DNA from: Guillardia theta CCMP2712
Taxonomy: Eukaryota; Protista; Cryptophyta
Length of the DNA: 64,000 nucleotides
Assembly (NCBI RefSeq): GCF_000315625.1
Contig: NW_005434673.1
Coordinates: forward strand, 1-64,000
Direction: 5' to 3'
Shown: in pieces, positions 49,101 through 61,936 of the stretch
How positions within the stretch are numbered: position 1 is the stretch's first letter
How the letters are laid out: every line of letters begins with the position of its first letter
Notes under the pieces: model-generated
Databases searched by the model: none
Told to the model about the DNA's origin: nothing
Seen by the model: only the letters and a program-made list of their open reading frames with translations
Made by a program: the position numbers and the translations under genes

Positions 49101-51271
49101 AGTTCGCAGGGAGAGGCTGAAAGACATTGTAGGCATGAAGACGTCAGCTAGCTCAGAGCTGGAGATCTCCTTCGAACGTTCTCCTCCTGTTTCAGTTGTG
49201 ATGTCGGGGATCGCACAGTCTGAGATGAGCAACTTCTTCGAGCTGATGACTTCCTTCACTTTTCATAAGAACAAGAAATCTACAGCAGGACTGAACAAGT
49301 CTCAATCCGAGGAGAAATTAAGAAGCAATGACAATGAACTGGAGCGTTCTAGGTACAAACCTGAGGGAGCCGTAGGGCTACAAGGGGAGGAGGAAGCGAA
49401 ATGGAGCGAAGAAGCCGCTGTACACTGGGAGGAACAGCTCGAGCAACTCTTGCAGACTTCCGGGGAATCAGGGAACAAAACTCTCGTCGGCTGCTCGAGT
49501 GCTCTAGCCTTCTCGGACTTGCAGCTGTCCATCGTGGGAGACATCGTGGGAGGAGTCCAGGGAGGAAGACAGTTCATGCTTGTGAGGCATGCCTTCCCCT
49601 CCTTCTTCCTCCTGACCTGATTCTTCGCAGGCCCGCATCCGCAAAGTCATCGCCTTGTCCTCAGGGGCATACCAAGTGAAATTCCTTGACGGTTTCAGCG
49701 TCCAGGTGCTGCCTCGTTGCTTTGGAGGATCGCAAGAGGCGAGCAAGGCGGCGCTGAAGAGATTTATGGACGCGCTGAACGTGCTTGTCACTTCCTTGAA
49801 GACTCCGGAGCAACTGCGATTTGAAGCGGAAGAGGACGAGATCCAAGAGGCGGCGCGTGCCCGAGAAAAGCATGCCGCTATGCAAGAGGAGGAGAGGAAG
49901 AGGAGAATCTCAGAGCTGCAGATCAAGCAAGCAGCTAAGAAAGCGTTGGAAGAGAATGTCAAGGGTGACGATGGAAGTAAGATGCCGGCGAGCATGCCCG
50001 ACTACGACGAAGCAGGAAGAAGGCTGCTGACGAAGGCTGCGTCGATTGCCTCCTCCAAGATCGTCTCTGTGATGTACTCGCACGATGACCTGCTGGCTCT
50101 TAGCGTCGTCGAGGTCATCCGGTCCAGCCGCACGTCATTGAGGAGAGAAGCGTTGGACAAGATTGACAAGGTCGTTACTTCGGCCAAGGGCAACCTGGTG
50201 ATGGTGATCCGAGAGAGCGAGCCGATGGAAGTTGAAAGCTCCAAGTTCTCCATGAACGAGCTCGGCTCATTCTTCCAGTTCCTGTCCGAGTTCCACGAGA
50301 AGGCGACGAGGAAAAGGAAGGAAGAAGAGGAAGAGCATCTTCGCAGAGTCGAGCGCGAGAAGTCGATGAAGCTGGACCGGATGGCCGAGGAGGAAAAGCG
50401 AGCTGCGGAACGAGAGCAGCAGCAGGCGGAAGAGCACAGGAAGTTTCTCAGGGCGAGGATGAACCATCAGAACGAGTCGAAGATCTTGAAGGAAGTGTTC
50501 GGTGATGATTGTGTGTTTGCCGTAGACGACGTGAAGGTTTACTTTGCTTCATCCAACGAGTCTCAGTCCGAAGAAATCAAGGAGATCAAATCGGTCAAGA
50601 ATCATCCGGACGGGAGAATTCTCTTCATGTCTGAAGATGCTTCGAAGAACTTGAGCAGGGTGTCCATTGCAATCCCGGGGACTGCCTTCTCCCTTGAGCA
50701 ACTCCAGCAGGTGTTCGCGATCATGAAGACATTTGCTGATGCCATGGCGAGGGAAGAAAGGGAGAGGCAACAGAGAGTGGAGGAGGAGAAGTTGAGGAGA
50801 GACAGGGAGGCCAGAGAAGCAGCCGAGGCAGAAGCCCAACGAAAGCTGAGGGAGGAGGAGGAGAGGAAAGCGGAGGAGGAGAGGAGAAGAGAAGAAGAGA
50901 AGCGGCAGGCAGAGCTGGACAAGCAGGCGAGGAAGGAGCGGAGAGAAAAGCAGATCCGTGACACGGCTAAGAAAGCCAAGGACCCGATCGTGATGCTCCT
51001 GCATGGCCCTGCGAACATCCTTGCCTGCAGCACCAGGACGTTGTATGTGATGGTACTGATCTTTGCTCCTCCCCTTGGACCTGACGCGAGAGTGCAGGAA
51101 GAGGACGATGTGCTGAAGGAAACGAGCTTGAAGGACATTCAGAAGGTCGGGATGGGAAAGGATCCCAACAGCATGGCTGTCTTGGTTGCCGGCTCTCCCT
51201 TCGTGGAGATTTCCGTCGCCGACTACCCGATGGATCAGCTAGGCGCTTTCTTCCAGAAGATCTCCAAGTAG
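46144..51271 (+). CDS. ~1650-aa protein: signal peptide, laminin IV (laminin B)-like domain, WW domain, His-Pro tract, ~7 repeated PH-like modules and coiled coils
   Basis: WYFSPPPKL..AYGKILKWEL..DLIIRGKG..ALQNVRGLLFRGGF; WIPARDPVKGKTYFWNSVTKQSVWKLP. ORFs 46132..49620 and 49655..51271 are joined by a GT-AG intron at ~49582-49630. Confidence 0.75.
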
Positions 51272-52084
51272 TTATGGGCCGGTGGGCTCGATGTTGTAAA
51301 CTAAAAATGAACTTCGGTACTAGACTCAGACGTGATGCCACCGGCCGCCGCGGGGCCGGGCGACCGCGCCCGGCGCCGCCTGGTGGCCCCCGGGCCTGGG
51401 CCGCCGAGGCCGGGCTTTCGGTGGCAACTTGCCAAGTTGGCCCATCCGAGGTGGCATCGAATCAGTTACCGGGGCCGGCCAGGTGACTCACTGGTGCCAC
51501 TGGGTGACCGGCGATTGAAACCAGAATGTTGGGAGACCGGAAAATTCAAAATTAAATTGCTCTACGTTGCCCATGACCCCTACCCCACCAATCCATTACC
51601 ACCCCAAGACGAGAGTGGCCCCTTTTTTGTATTTTTGCTTTAGACCCCTTCATGTATCAGCAAATTGCCTTTGAATAGTGGGGTTATAACTCACGTTTTG
51701 TGAAGAGGACCCCCACCTTTATCTCCACTACCCCACTTATCAGTTATGCGTCTACTTCATGGCGTGTGAGAGACATGGCATGAGTGCCGCGATGCGATGC
51801 GATTGAAGAGGGGGAGAGAACTTGATTGCAGTCAAGCAGCAGAGAGACAAGCATTGCAGTGGTGAGGAAGTACAGTGTGAGACAGGAAGAAGTGAGACAT
51901 GAAGAAGTGCTCGGCAGGGGAGCATAGCATAGCATAGCATATCAGAGTAGAGAAGAATTTACAAAAGTTGAGATTATGGCGTTTTTTACCAGGACAAACC
52001 AATCAATTGTTTTCCGAAAGAAGCGGGGATTTTGAAGGATGAGAGTGTCAACATTATGTTTCTGACTTGGAGTTACAGAAAAGA

Positions 52085-55000
52085 ATGGAAGATTGCCGTG
52101 AAACCCCTGATCCTGGTGGGCCCGAGAATCCGAACGACGTAGTTAGAAGATCGAAGACTGGGAAGAGCAGGGATACTCGAGATCGATCCTTGTTCAAGCA
52201 ACCACTCAACGCTATGAAAGTGAAGAAGGTTGTTGTTGCCAGCAAGTCCGTTGCAAACAGAAACGTTGAAGCTGGTAAGGAGAGGAAGCCTCCATCTCCG
52301 ATGACTCCGGCAAAGGTCAGACAGGCCCGCTACAGCATGAGTATGAACCGCTCCACGGATACATCTCACTACACGCACCATGAAAGCTCGACAGAAGCGA
52401 GCGTCGTTTCATCAGCAGGGAGTCTCAGTGAGGCCTCGACTTTGAGCATCGGATCTTCAACCTCCATCATAAACTCAAGCCTGCTTAGCACAAGCACAGG
52501 CCGCGAAAGTTTTGATAGCGCTGGAGGATCGACTCGATGGAGCTCAGGGAGCTACGGATCCATCGATGCTGAGTTGACGGACTCAAACACTCTCGGTCAA
52601 ACGCAGAAGCTGGGAGGATCTAGAGATAAGCTCACTGTTGCACTTCAGCATAAGGTTGCTACGCTGCAAACTGAAGTTCTTGAGCTTCAAATGAGAAATG
52701 CTTCGTTGCAAGACAAGTTGAATGCAAATCTGAGCGAAGCCAAGTCACACGAGACAGCAGATCCAGCCTCGTTTCAACATAGCGGCGGTGAGGTGTCTCT
52801 TAAACGAACGATCGGATACAATGAACAACAAGTTCGACAGCTTGAGACTCAGTGTGAGATACTCAAGGATCAAGATGCAAGCTTGAATCAGGTTTTTCTT
52901 TCTGTGCATCGACCTTTGATATCTCTAACTAGAAAATGTGCAGGTACATGTAGATCTCTTGCACTCCATGTTCCTTCCCTTGGAACCCAGCGGAAGCTTG
53001 GCAGATGTCATCATCAAGTACAAGAATGAAGATGGAAGTGACATGGTGCGAAAGTGTGATGTTGAAATGATCCGTAAGGTAATGAATCAATGATGCTTGA
53101 AAAATTTGGTAAAAGATGACAAATTGAGCAGTACATAATCTACCTCGAAGGTAGCTTGGAAAATCGCCAAGATCAGAACGCGGATAAGGAAAATTGGGAC
53201 AAAAACACTACAGTGCAGCAAAACAAACATAAGAAAAGCAATCAAGCACACGAAAAAAGGATCACTCATCTTGAAGGACAACTGAAAGACGAGATAGCAA
53301 AAAATCAACAACTGCAAGAATCAATCAGTGAGCTCGAAAACAATTGGGATCGACTAAACCAAAAACGGATGCAAGAAGATGCCGAAAAAGAAACTAATCT
53401 TCAGCATGCTCAATCCTTGATATCCAAACTAACCCAAGAGGCGGCAGAGCTACAGGGCAAGCTTGAGGCAGCCGAGGCAGAGGCCGGGGAGCTAGGAGCC
53501 GCTCGAGACGCCATGTACGAGTCGCTGCGAGAGCTTGAGACTAGAAGCCGCGAGGAGGCAGAGGAGCTCAGGACGAAGCTGGGCGAGGCCGAAGAGAGCG
53601 AGGCGAGGACTCGAGACCGCATGCGGGCACAGCAAGACGAGCTCGAGGCGCAGCTACAGGCGGCTCAGGCGAGCTTGTCAGAGCTCAGACAGGAGCTACA
53701 GGGCAGCGTGCAGGGGAGCGAGCAGCTGCAAGAGGAGATTGCTCAGCTCCAGGAGCAGCTCGAAGCCACCGAGCAGCGGTCGCTGGCTCAAGTGTCCGAG
53801 CGCGACCAGAGCTTGCAGGAGGCGCAGGCAGCGATCTCGAGGCTGACGCAGGAGGCGGCAGAGCTACAGGGCAAGCTTGAGGCAGCCGAGGCAGAGGCCG
53901 GAGATGTGCGGACGAAGCTGGGCGAGGCCGAAGAGAGCGAGGCGAGGACTCGAGACCGCATGCGGGCACAGCAAGACGAGCTCGAGGCGCAGCTACAGGC
54001 GGCTCAGGCGAGCTTGTCAGAGCTCAGACAGGAGCTTGCAGAGGGTCAGAGCCGACAGGCCGAGATGGAGGGAAGCATGCAGGAGCGAGGCCAAGCCCTT
54101 GAGGAGGCGCAGGCAGCGATCTCGAGGCTGACGCAGGAGGCGGCAGAGCTACAGGGCAAGCTTGAGGCAGCCGAGGCAGAGGCCGGGGAGCTAGGAGCCG
54201 CTCGAGACGCCATGTACGAGTCGCTGCGAGAGCTTGAGACTAGAAGCCGCGAGGAGGCAGAGGAGCTCAGGACGAAGCTGGGCGAGGCCGAAGAGAGCGA
54301 GGCGAGGACTCGAGACCGCATGCGGGCACAGCAAGACGAGCTCGAGGCGCAGCTACAGGAGTCACAAGAGTACATTACGTCTCTCCGTGTTGAAATGGCA
54401 GTTGTGGAGAAGAAGAGCGATGCGCTTGTGTATCAATTTTCTCTACAGAATGACTTTTTGTCTCAACTCTTCTCTGAGTATGACTCCTTCTTCTGCAATC
54501 TTTCGTTTTTATGCGAGTGCATCGAAGTTCTCGTCCAGTCATGCGAGTTCAAGGTTTCTCAGGTCTTGTCTTGCAACAAGGCGCAGAAAGTTTACATTGC
54601 AGGCTGTCAGCAGCTTCTGTTCGATAGCACTGCCGAGCTTGAGGCTCTCCGCACTCTCTACCAGCTGTCCTTGCTCCGCGCTGAGGACGCCGAGGACCAG
54701 AGCGACATGACTCTAGCGCTGGGAGCTGCTGAGATCAAGTTGAACAAGGTGGAGGAGCTTGTTGCCAAGTGCGTGCATCCAGTAGGGGGTCTTGCTGGAG
54801 AAGTGCATGAGTTGTCTGGTGAGCTCTCAGCTGCTCGGGGTCAAGTCGCCGAGCACCAACTTGTCAACTGGTCGCTCAGCTCGCAGCTGGCAGCTCTCAC
54901 CTCGACTCTGCTGGACTGTAAGGACAAGGCCGAAGACATGGCGCAGCAGGTGTCGAGCATCACCTCGGAGATGGTTGAGGCTCAGCACGAGTCGGCGGTG

Positions 55001-55963
55001 AGGTAAAGAAGGGTGGGGGAGGAACCTGACGAGGCTGGCAGGAGCTGAAGGAGAACCTGGCGCAGACGTCGAGGAGGGCAAGGGAGTTGGAGGAGAAGTA
55101 CAAGGGGTCGAAGAAAGTCTGTATGGTACTGGACGGGCAGATGCATGCCGTCTGCTCGCTGGTGTCGATTCAGCTGCTGGAGCTCGAGGTTGTCACGTGA
55201 AGTTGAAGTTTGAGGCTGATGTGATGCCAGGTCCTGCATTGCAATGCAAAAGACGCCTTCATCAACATGAAGTACCGGGAAGAAAACCTGATCGACTGCT
55301 TGCGCCAGTCTACCCGAGAGGTCGACATGTACAAGTTGAGGAACCAGGAGCTGGTGGATGAGATGAGAGTCAAAGAAGGACGGATCGAACAACTCAAGGA
55401 GGAAGTCTTGCAATCTCAGAGAGACTTGATGCAGTCACAAGATGAGATGACAAGCACTCTGCAAGTTTGGAACTCTTCTCACAAGGACGAGCAGGTGCTA
55501 AATCGCCTGCCCCTGCTGCCGTTCTTGTTGCTGACTCTCCATGCAGGAGAAGACCCTCGCTCCCATCTTAGTCAAACTCCTCAAAGTCTGCGACGAGATT
55601 GAACAGACCCACAGGAACTGCCTAGTTACAACCCAGCTGAAAGACTCTCAGCACATGGCGGTGACGACACAACTTCGGTCACTGCAAGAAAATGTGGAGA
55701 ACCTCCAGAGGGCGATGAAGCGCAAAGACGACTCGGCCTCAGCGATGAGCGATCAACTCTGCAAGTACAAGCGAGACATCATAGAGAAATCAATCAGCCT
55801 GGAGTCTATCCAGAAGGAATACGAGAACATGCGCTCCCAGCACGAGACCCTCTTGAAAGACCTGCAAAGGTGACTCACGATTATTCTCTGATCGCACATG
55901 TTCACATTGCGAGCTCACACTCGATGGCAGATGTCAACAACGATCTGTCCGCATCGAAGGTGA
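52085..55963 (+). CDS. Long coiled-coil protein with a Ser-rich N-terminus and internal repeats
   Basis: ORFs 52067..53029, 53156..55006, 55267..55602 and 55541..55873 are heptad/EQ-rich and linked by short introns. Confidence 0.7.
53430..54360 (+). repeat. Near-identical in-frame internal duplications (three copies of QEAAELQGKLEAAEAEAG and of RTKLGEAEESEARTRDRMRAQQDELEAQLQ)
   Basis: Nucleotide-identical blocks at ~53437, ~53852 and ~54136. Confidence 0.92.
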
Positions 55964-56994
55964 AAACTCAGCCATTAAGCAAGAGTTGAGTTGCTTCCGA
56001 CGACAAGCCGCAGCAAGGATGATGCAGGACAAGTCTATTGAGTTCTATTGAGGTTTCATGTACATACATCTGACATGTCCACATCTACTTGATGTTTCAG
56101 CAATCGACACTCGATGCTGCTAGCTCCTCACGCAACGAGCGATTCAGTTCTCCCAAAGTCTGTCACACTTTCAACGAACGAGACTCTCTCACCCGAATGA
56201 AAATCTCACAATCTTGAGATCTTCGTTTGCCACTCTAATTTCATTCCACACTTCTATCATGTCTTGTCTGCATCGAAATCTCACCAAACCATCCATGAAA
56301 TGAACGTCACGTACTGTCTTCTCTCAATCTCAGTGAACATTCGCCTTCTAAATGTGCTGGACCCCTTCATTCTTCTGCCCCCGGCAACCTGATGAGCAAG
56401 TCATGGTCAACCTGGAATGAAATGTGAAATAATACATTCAAAGGTTTTGCTGGTTGACGTGTTGAGCAAGGAAGATTTTCTCTTGATTGCATCAAATTCA
56501 TGGATTTGACTGACAACTCTTGTTTACGGATCGTTGGATCTTCTCCTGCTTCATGACTGACTTCGAAAATTCCGGCCATTGCGAGCAAATTCACCGTTGA
56601 AGACATCGAGCTGGGATTCATCAGGGCCATCTGAGGCATCATCAACCATCCTCATGCACTTCCAAGAGTCTTCAGGCTCCATGTATGGATACAAGTCGCT
56701 CTGAATGAAACGTCAACTCATGACAGAGGACAGGAATACAGCTTGCCCCGTCAGATTCTGTCTCAACCCTCCTCTGTCCTAGCAGCAGCCTTGCTTTCCT
56801 GATTTCCAAACAAGGATATCATTTCCATCAATGATCACACAAGATAACATCACATTCTTCTGTCCAAAAGATCATATCTCACTCCAGGTATTGTTACCCT
56901 CCCGCCCCTTATCTCCTCTTTTGCATTGAGCCTACATTCATTGAAATTTCAAAACGATAAGTGGAGAGTTGATAGTTGAGAGACCATTCGTAAA

Positions 56995-57080
56995 TATCGC
57001 TGACATCAGTAGGTAGTTCCATTATCGTTGACATCAGTAGGTAGTTCCATTATCGCTGACATTAGTAGGCAGTTCCATTG
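56995..57080. repeat. ~29-bp tandem repeat TATCGYTGACATYAGTAGGYAGTTCCAT, 3 copies
   Basis: Directly visible. Confidence 0.85.
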
Positions 57081-57553
57081 TCATGCTTTCGTCTTGAGCA
57101 GGGAGAGAGACTCGTCGTATCCCTGCCGAAAAATCAAAATCACGGTGAGGTCGAATTTGATTATGTTTGTAAGTACGAGGACTAGATCAGGCAAGTTACC
57201 ATCTTGCTGCACAAGGCTGTTGTTGTTGTTGTTTTCTGTTTCTCTCTTCACCTTTCACTGGTTCTTCAAACAGCTAGCGCAACTCTTGAAGCATCCTGCC
57301 CTGCTCTGATGCCCTGTCCTCCTGCCCTGCTCTGATGACCTGTCCTCCTGCCCTTCTCTGATGCCATCTTTGAAATTCAAAAAGGCGTGTAACCATCACA
57401 TAAAGCCGCCCCACCCCTACCCCTAAAACCACCCTACCCCTGAATGTACACCGTTTGCATAGAAAACAGGAGGAGGAGGAGGAGGAGGAGGAGGAGGAGG
57501 AGGAGGCGAGCTGTACATGGCGTGATCTCCTGTTCCACCTGCTTGTTTTGAAC

Positions 57554-60219
57554 ATGAAGGCAAGTCGCATCCTGTCGCTGTACCTCGCGCTCTCTTGGTT
57601 TGATGTTGGTCAAAACTTCCGGCTGTACAGAACGGATTTCATGAGGATCGACAGCATCAACTCTCGATGCAAGATGTCCCGAATGTTGACGTCCATGTAT
57701 AGAACTCAGGCAATGAAAAGCTTGCGCGAGCGTCTTGGAACCATCCGCCTCTTGTCCAAGGAGGGCCCAGCCCGAGAGATGCCTCCGTCAAACGTAAAGA
57801 GCGACGAACTAGACTGGGAGAAGACTTGGATGAGTGTGGTTTCATGCGCAAAGAGCGAAGCAGGTAAGCGCTTCCTAGGAGAATGCAGAGCAATGCAGGA
57901 GATTGAGGAGATTGAAGAACACTTTGACATGATCGGCGAGCTTCGAGCGCTTCGTGTCCGCAACAAGATGAAGGATTTTGATGATTCTTTCACCTTCACT
58001 TCCATCGCCGACGTCGAGGACATTTTGCTCAGAGTATCCACAGCTGGAGTTGTAGAGGTAGAAGAGCTGCAAACTCTTCGCACGACGGCAAGAACCCTCC
58101 GTCAGCTGAACGATCGGATGAAATCAGAGGAAGTTTCATGGTTGTGCCCGACCGTCGTCAGGGTCTGGTCACAGAGGGGAGGAAAGGCAGTTCCCGCCCA
58201 GGTGATCAAAGTTCTCAACCAGAACCTCAAGAGCGATGGTCGGCTGGACCTGTCGAGGTACCCGGAGGCTCGAGCCCTGCAGGAGAACTACCTAAGGCTG
58301 GAGGAGACTGTCCGCACGACAACCAACTTGCAGAGGAAACTTCACCCGCTGGTGCAGGAGATGGAGAGTGCGAAGCAAGCGTACCTCCAGGCCATCCACC
58401 AGATCCTGCGACTGATCTCTCGTGACATCTCCCCGCACGCACGAGACGTGCTCGACGCTCTTGAAGCTTCTGCCGTCCTCGACGGTCTCTGCGCAAGGGA
58501 GCGAGCGGCGCTGAGGATGGGAGCGAGCAGGTGATGAGGGAGAGTGCGGGCCCGAGCTGAAGCTCCAGCAGGCCTCTAGTAGGACGTGAAGGTCTCATCC
58601 AGCTGCATGCTTGTCAACATCCGCTGCTGGCTCTGCGAGAGACCTCACCTGTTGGCAACGACCTCCTGCTGGACTCTAGCAAGCGAGGGCTGGTGGTCAC
58701 TGGCCCCAACGGAGGAGGGAAGACAATCCTGCTGAAGGTGAGCTGGGAAAGAGCTGGGGAGGCTTTGACATGCACTTGTCAAGACCGTCGGGCTGTTTGC
58801 CAAGCTGGTCCAGCGTGGATGTTGGCTGCCCTGTCGAGCTGGGAGCCGATTTGATCTGTTTGAGCACATCCTCTGCTCAATAGGAGACGGGCAAGACGTT
58901 TTCAAGGACCTCTCAACCTTCTCCTCTCAACTCGAAGACGTTGTCACCTCCCCTCTTCCATCCTCTTCTCACCTCCTCCCTCCTCATGCCTCGAACCCCT
59001 CACACACCCTCCTCACACCTGCTATCCTTCTCCTTGCTGCTTGTCGTCTCCTCGCTCACTTTCCCTCAGATCCGTAAGATCATGAATACTTCTCTCTCCT
59101 CCGCGCCTGCCAGCTCTCTGATCCTGCTCGATGAGCCCTGCTCGGGGACCTGCCCAGAGGAAGGAAGTGCTCTAGCAAAGGCGATCCTGCAGGAGTTGGT
59201 GGAGCAGGACGTGAGGTAATGTCAACTCCCGTTCCCCCTTCTCCTGCTCCTGCTTCTCCTCCTCCTCCTCCTCCATTTCCAGACTGTCATCTGAGGGAGT
59301 GCTAGGCTGGTCACGACGACACACTACGAGGGGGTGAAGAACATGGCGATGAACAACCACAGGTGACTTGACCAGCGTCTGACCTTACCATTGTGACTGT
59401 CGCCTCAGATTTCAAGTCTGCAACATGTACTGGAACGGTTCTTCTCCCTCCTTCCGCGCATTCTTCGGCTTCCCTGGCCATAGCCGGGCACTGGCCGCCG
59501 GTGACTCACATTTGCTGGGCTATCGACGGCTCACTGGCTGTCATCCAGCTGAACGATCTGGCCTGCCTCGTGCTGTCCTTGGACGCGCGCGAAGTTTGCT
59601 AGCGGGGCATCAACAAGTTCTAGAGCTAGTCGAGGAGGTGGAGGAGAGAAGAGCGGGCGAGCATCAAGTCCAGCTGGTGGTGAGCATGCAGAGCAACAGG
59701 AGGTGATGGATCGGCAGGAGATTTCAGCTCTGCGGTTGAGGATCCATCAGCTTGAGGCGTCCATGGACCAGTGGGAAGAGAGGATCGCAACAGGTGCTAC
59801 GAGCATAGGGAGGAGGAGGGAGGAGTGGGGAGAGGCGGGGGGAGGGGGGGGGGGGGAAGTGGGGAGGAGGATGGGGAAGTTAGGAGGAGAAAGTTCTGAC
59901 GTGTATGAAGGCTCCACAGCACTGATCCGGCAGGCAAGGACTGCGGTCCTCCTCCAACTACAGGTAGCTGAAGCAGCGGTAGGAGGAAGCTCGTGGGCGT
60001 CGTTCCCCTCATGACTTGCTCCTGACCAGGTGGAGGAGGCAAAGCAGGAAGCGCTGAGGAAGGAGGAGTTGGCGTGGGGGCTGGAGAGCGAGGATCTTGA
60101 GCTGTCTCTGAGCCTCTTCTATCAAGGAGCGGAGGTGGAGGGCAGCTGGAGCATGAATGAGCTGAGAAATTCTGCAGGAGAGCGAAGCTAAGGACAAGCG
60201 CAAGGGGTCGAGGAAATGA
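57554..60219 (+). CDS. mutS2: MutS2-family ATPase with an N-terminal signal-like sequence; no Smr domain seen
   Basis: LDWEK, HPLL, VVTGPNGGGKTILLKTVGL, IGDGQDVFKDLSTFSSQL, LILLDEPCSGTCPEEGSALA, VTTHY, GHSRALAAAERSGLP. Confidence 0.88.
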
Positions 60220-60341
60220 AGAGCCCTTATACAACCAATCTTTGAATAAAAATTGAATAAAGCTGATCCTTCGCCCTTTAATTTTGAATTTGAGCCCATA
60301 GAGACCGCAAACTTAACGTGCATGACGATCAAATCGCTCGG

Positions 60342-61936
60342 TCATGAGAGATGCGGCTCCTGCTCCTCTTGTGTGTTCACATTTTCTTGACATACTCCAC
60401 GACGTTAGAAGTTTGCATGCCTGACACAATCCAAGTCATGTTAACAGAGATCATGTTGCCGTCCCGCTATCCCTCTTCCAGCTGCACCCCACCTGCTTCG
60501 TAATCTTTCAAGTTCTGCAAAGTAGTGTCTGCGATGGTCTGAAGAGCCTCTGTAGTCAAGAAAGCCTGATGCGCCGTGATGATCACCTAGCCAGCTGTCA
60601 GTCCCTTGGCGAGTCAAGTCAAGACGTCCACGTTGGGGAAAGTGAGGAGCCTGGTGAGGATTTGATCTGAGAGGATTTGATCGGAGCAATCTTTAAAGAA
60701 GAAAGATCTGCAGATCATAAGTCATCACCAGAACGAGTTGCCTTTGCTCCTACTGTTCGTTCTCGTAGACATCCATGCCCACTCCTCCAATCTTCCTCTC
60801 CCTCAAACCTTCTTCGAGCTGCCAGCAACATCACATCTCCTTCTTGTGTACAGGGAACGTAAGGAGCTCACGGCTTCAGCATCGATGAGACCTCCACGGG
60901 AGACGTTGATGATAACCACTCCCTTCTTCATCGTCTCTGAACAACTTGTCAGCTCCGTAGAAAGCTCGCTCTCAACGATTACGGATGCTCTCCTTGCCGA
61001 TGATGTGATAGGTCTCGGGCATGAGAGGCACGTGGAGAGAGATGATATCGCTCTGTTGGACACCAGTAAACCTTGCGCATGAGAACATCGTTTCTTTCCT
61101 CTGCAAGAAGGGTTTCTTTTGAGACATATTCCATTCCCAAAGCCTTCATCTCATCACTCGGATACGGATCGAACCCGAGCAGTCTTCCAGGAGAGAACCC
61201 GTTCAAGATCTTAGCAGTAATTCTTCCAATGTTGCCCGTTCCCAAGATTCCTATCGTCTTGCCGTGGATATCAAACCCTTTGCAAGAGTTTACATGCATC
61301 AAGTCGTACTAAAAAACAGGAGCACCTTGCAGGTTCTCGATGTTGAAGTTGTGCTCTCTCACGCGGTTGTACGCCTTGTGGATCTTTCTCACCTGCAGCA
61401 GAGAGAAGAAAAGTCACGAGTCGCGCCGAAGTTGGCTCCTCTCTCACCAGACTGAGAAGCAAACCAACAGCCATCTCAGCAACTGCGTATGGACTGTAGA
61501 CAGGAACTCGACGGACATCAAGGCCCCGCTTTGCCGCACACTCAAGATCTACATGGTTGAAGCCTGCACACCGTGAGATGCTTCGAAACAGCCATTACAA
61601 ACACACCAGTACTCCTCAACAAAATCAACTTCACTCCAATATCTGCGAGGTAGTTCACGACACGCTCGTCCGCAATGTCGTTGACAAAGAGGCAAACCAC
61701 TTCGCATCTACCGCACGAGTGTTACATCAGCGATCACAGCGAAAGAACCATACCCAGATGCAAGTTCGGCAGTCTCCTCGCTCAGTCGAACAGGAAGGCA
61801 TTTCAAATTATCTGCCCCCAGATGTGCAGTGAGGGCTGGAACAAGACATTGCCCATCGTAATGCGCAAAGCTGAAGATAGCAATCTATTCAAATGTTACT
61901 ATTCAGCTCTGAGATGCATTGACTTGCCTTAGGCAT
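60342..61936 (-). CDS. ldhA: D-lactate dehydrogenase / D-2-hydroxyacid dehydrogenase, spliced
   Basis: [82 protein letters not shown]. Confidence 0.92.

Noticed and set aside
56340-56960. Possible small minus-strand gene
   Set aside because: Some splice-like signals are present, but I could not build a consistent exon chain or find a motif.
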